Source: a candidate division FCPU426 bacterium (lineage in GTDB: Bacteria; Oederibacteriota; Muellerivitia; Muellerivitales; Muellerivitaceae). Taken from it: DNA of 64,000 bases. Position 1 is the first letter of the stretch. Every line of letters starts with the position of its first letter. Location: contig CAVYSE010000011.1 in NCBI GenBank assembly GCA_963771075.1, forward strand, positions 256,001-320,000, read 5' to 3'. Under the pieces are notes generated by a model that was not told where the DNA came from, did no database searches, and saw only the letters and a program-made list of their open reading frames with translations. A program made the translations under genes and the position numbers. Positions 63,252-64,000 of this stretch are shown here, in pieces.

Positions 63252-64000
63252 ATGAGCGAAAACATCAAAAAGCGCCAGCTGTTCGAGGGGGAGATCACCC
63301 GAAAGGCGATCGTGGAATCCTTCAAGAAATTGAACCCCGCCCACATGGTCAGGAACCCGGTCATGTTCACGGTTTGGGTGGGAAGCGTCTTGACCACGGG
63401 GCTATGGCTACAGGCCGCGATGGGCAAAGGGGAGGCCGCCGCTGGCTTCATATTCGCCGTTTCCCTGTGGCTGTGGTTCACCGTGCTGTTCGCCAATTTC
63501 GCGGAGGCCATGGCCGAGGGGCGCGGCAAGGCCCAGGCGGACACCCTGCGCAAGAGCCGGCAGGAAGTGAAGGCCAAGAAACTGGCCAAGCCCGAGAAGG
63601 ATTCCAAGCAAACCGAGGTCCTGTCCGGCGACCTTCGCAAGGGCGACCTGGTGCTGGTGGAAGCGGGTGATTTCGTTCCGGCCGACGGTGAGGCCGTGGC
63701 CGGGGATCGCCATGGTGGACGAAAGCGCCATCACGGGGGAATCCGCGCCCGTGGTGCGCGAGTCCGGCGGTGACCGCAGCGCGGTGACCGGGGGAACCCG
63801 GGTCATCTCCGACTGGCTGGTCGTTAAGGTTTCCTCCGATCCCGGGGAATCCTTCCTCGACCGTATGATTTCCATGGTGGAAGGCGCCAAACGGCAGAAA
63901 ACGCCCAATGAGATAGCTCTGAACATCCTTCTTGCGGCCCTGACCATCGTGTTTTTGATTGTTTGTGCAACCCTGTTGCCCTTCTCAATTTACAGCGTGG
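63252..64000 (+). CDS. kdpB: K+-transporting ATPase subunit B (runs off window; one apparent extra G near 63705)
   Basis: [24 protein letters not shown]; after the shift [27 protein letters not shown]. Confidence 0.93.

Noticed and set aside
61064..64000. kdpA and kdpB as pseudogenes or programmed frameshifts
   Set aside because: Each break is one extra base in a short C or G run with intact motifs on both sides, the same pattern as in GH30; most consistent with sequencing error, though reads are needed to confirm

Overview
Bacterial chromosomal window (GC-rich coding DNA, clear Shine-Dalgarno sites, diderm envelope genes) in three parts. (1) 1-18.8 kb: five secreted carbohydrate-active enzymes (GH28, clan-A GH, GH12, GH30, CE4). 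All share one plan: catalytic head, a long Thr/Ser/Pro stalk, and a YPNP...KLL(V/I)LR C-terminal domain resembling the T9SS sorting signal. Stalk and tail blocks are shared between genes, and an AraC regulator sits in the middle. (2) 20.8-42.6 kb and 60.5-64 kb: an extended potassium island with two kdpD/kdpE pairs, kdpFAB, a sigma-54-driven beta-barrel porin, three tandem PII genes without amtB, a CzcCBA-like RND pump and at least five unannotated single-TM micropeptides. Seven promoters here share one architecture ((C/T/A)TAA(C/T)-N6-repeat, 11-12 bp, then a -10 hexamer, with extra pairs at a 31-32 bp period), inferred to be a KdpE regulon. (3) 43.9-60.1 kb: two tandem metal-homeostasis cassettes, each led by a His/CxxC leader ORF ending in RAPP/RSPP. 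One is an ABC system with four DUF3299-like paralogs and MerC; the other is TBDR-ExbBD-TonB-CDF. Several small palindromic/MITE-like repeat families occur, including one MITE with TIRs and an 8-bp TSD. Single-base insertions in the GH30, kdpA and kdpB genes look like sequencing errors. No rRNA, tRNA or CRISPR array was seen. All family calls come from motif recognition by eye, not database searches.
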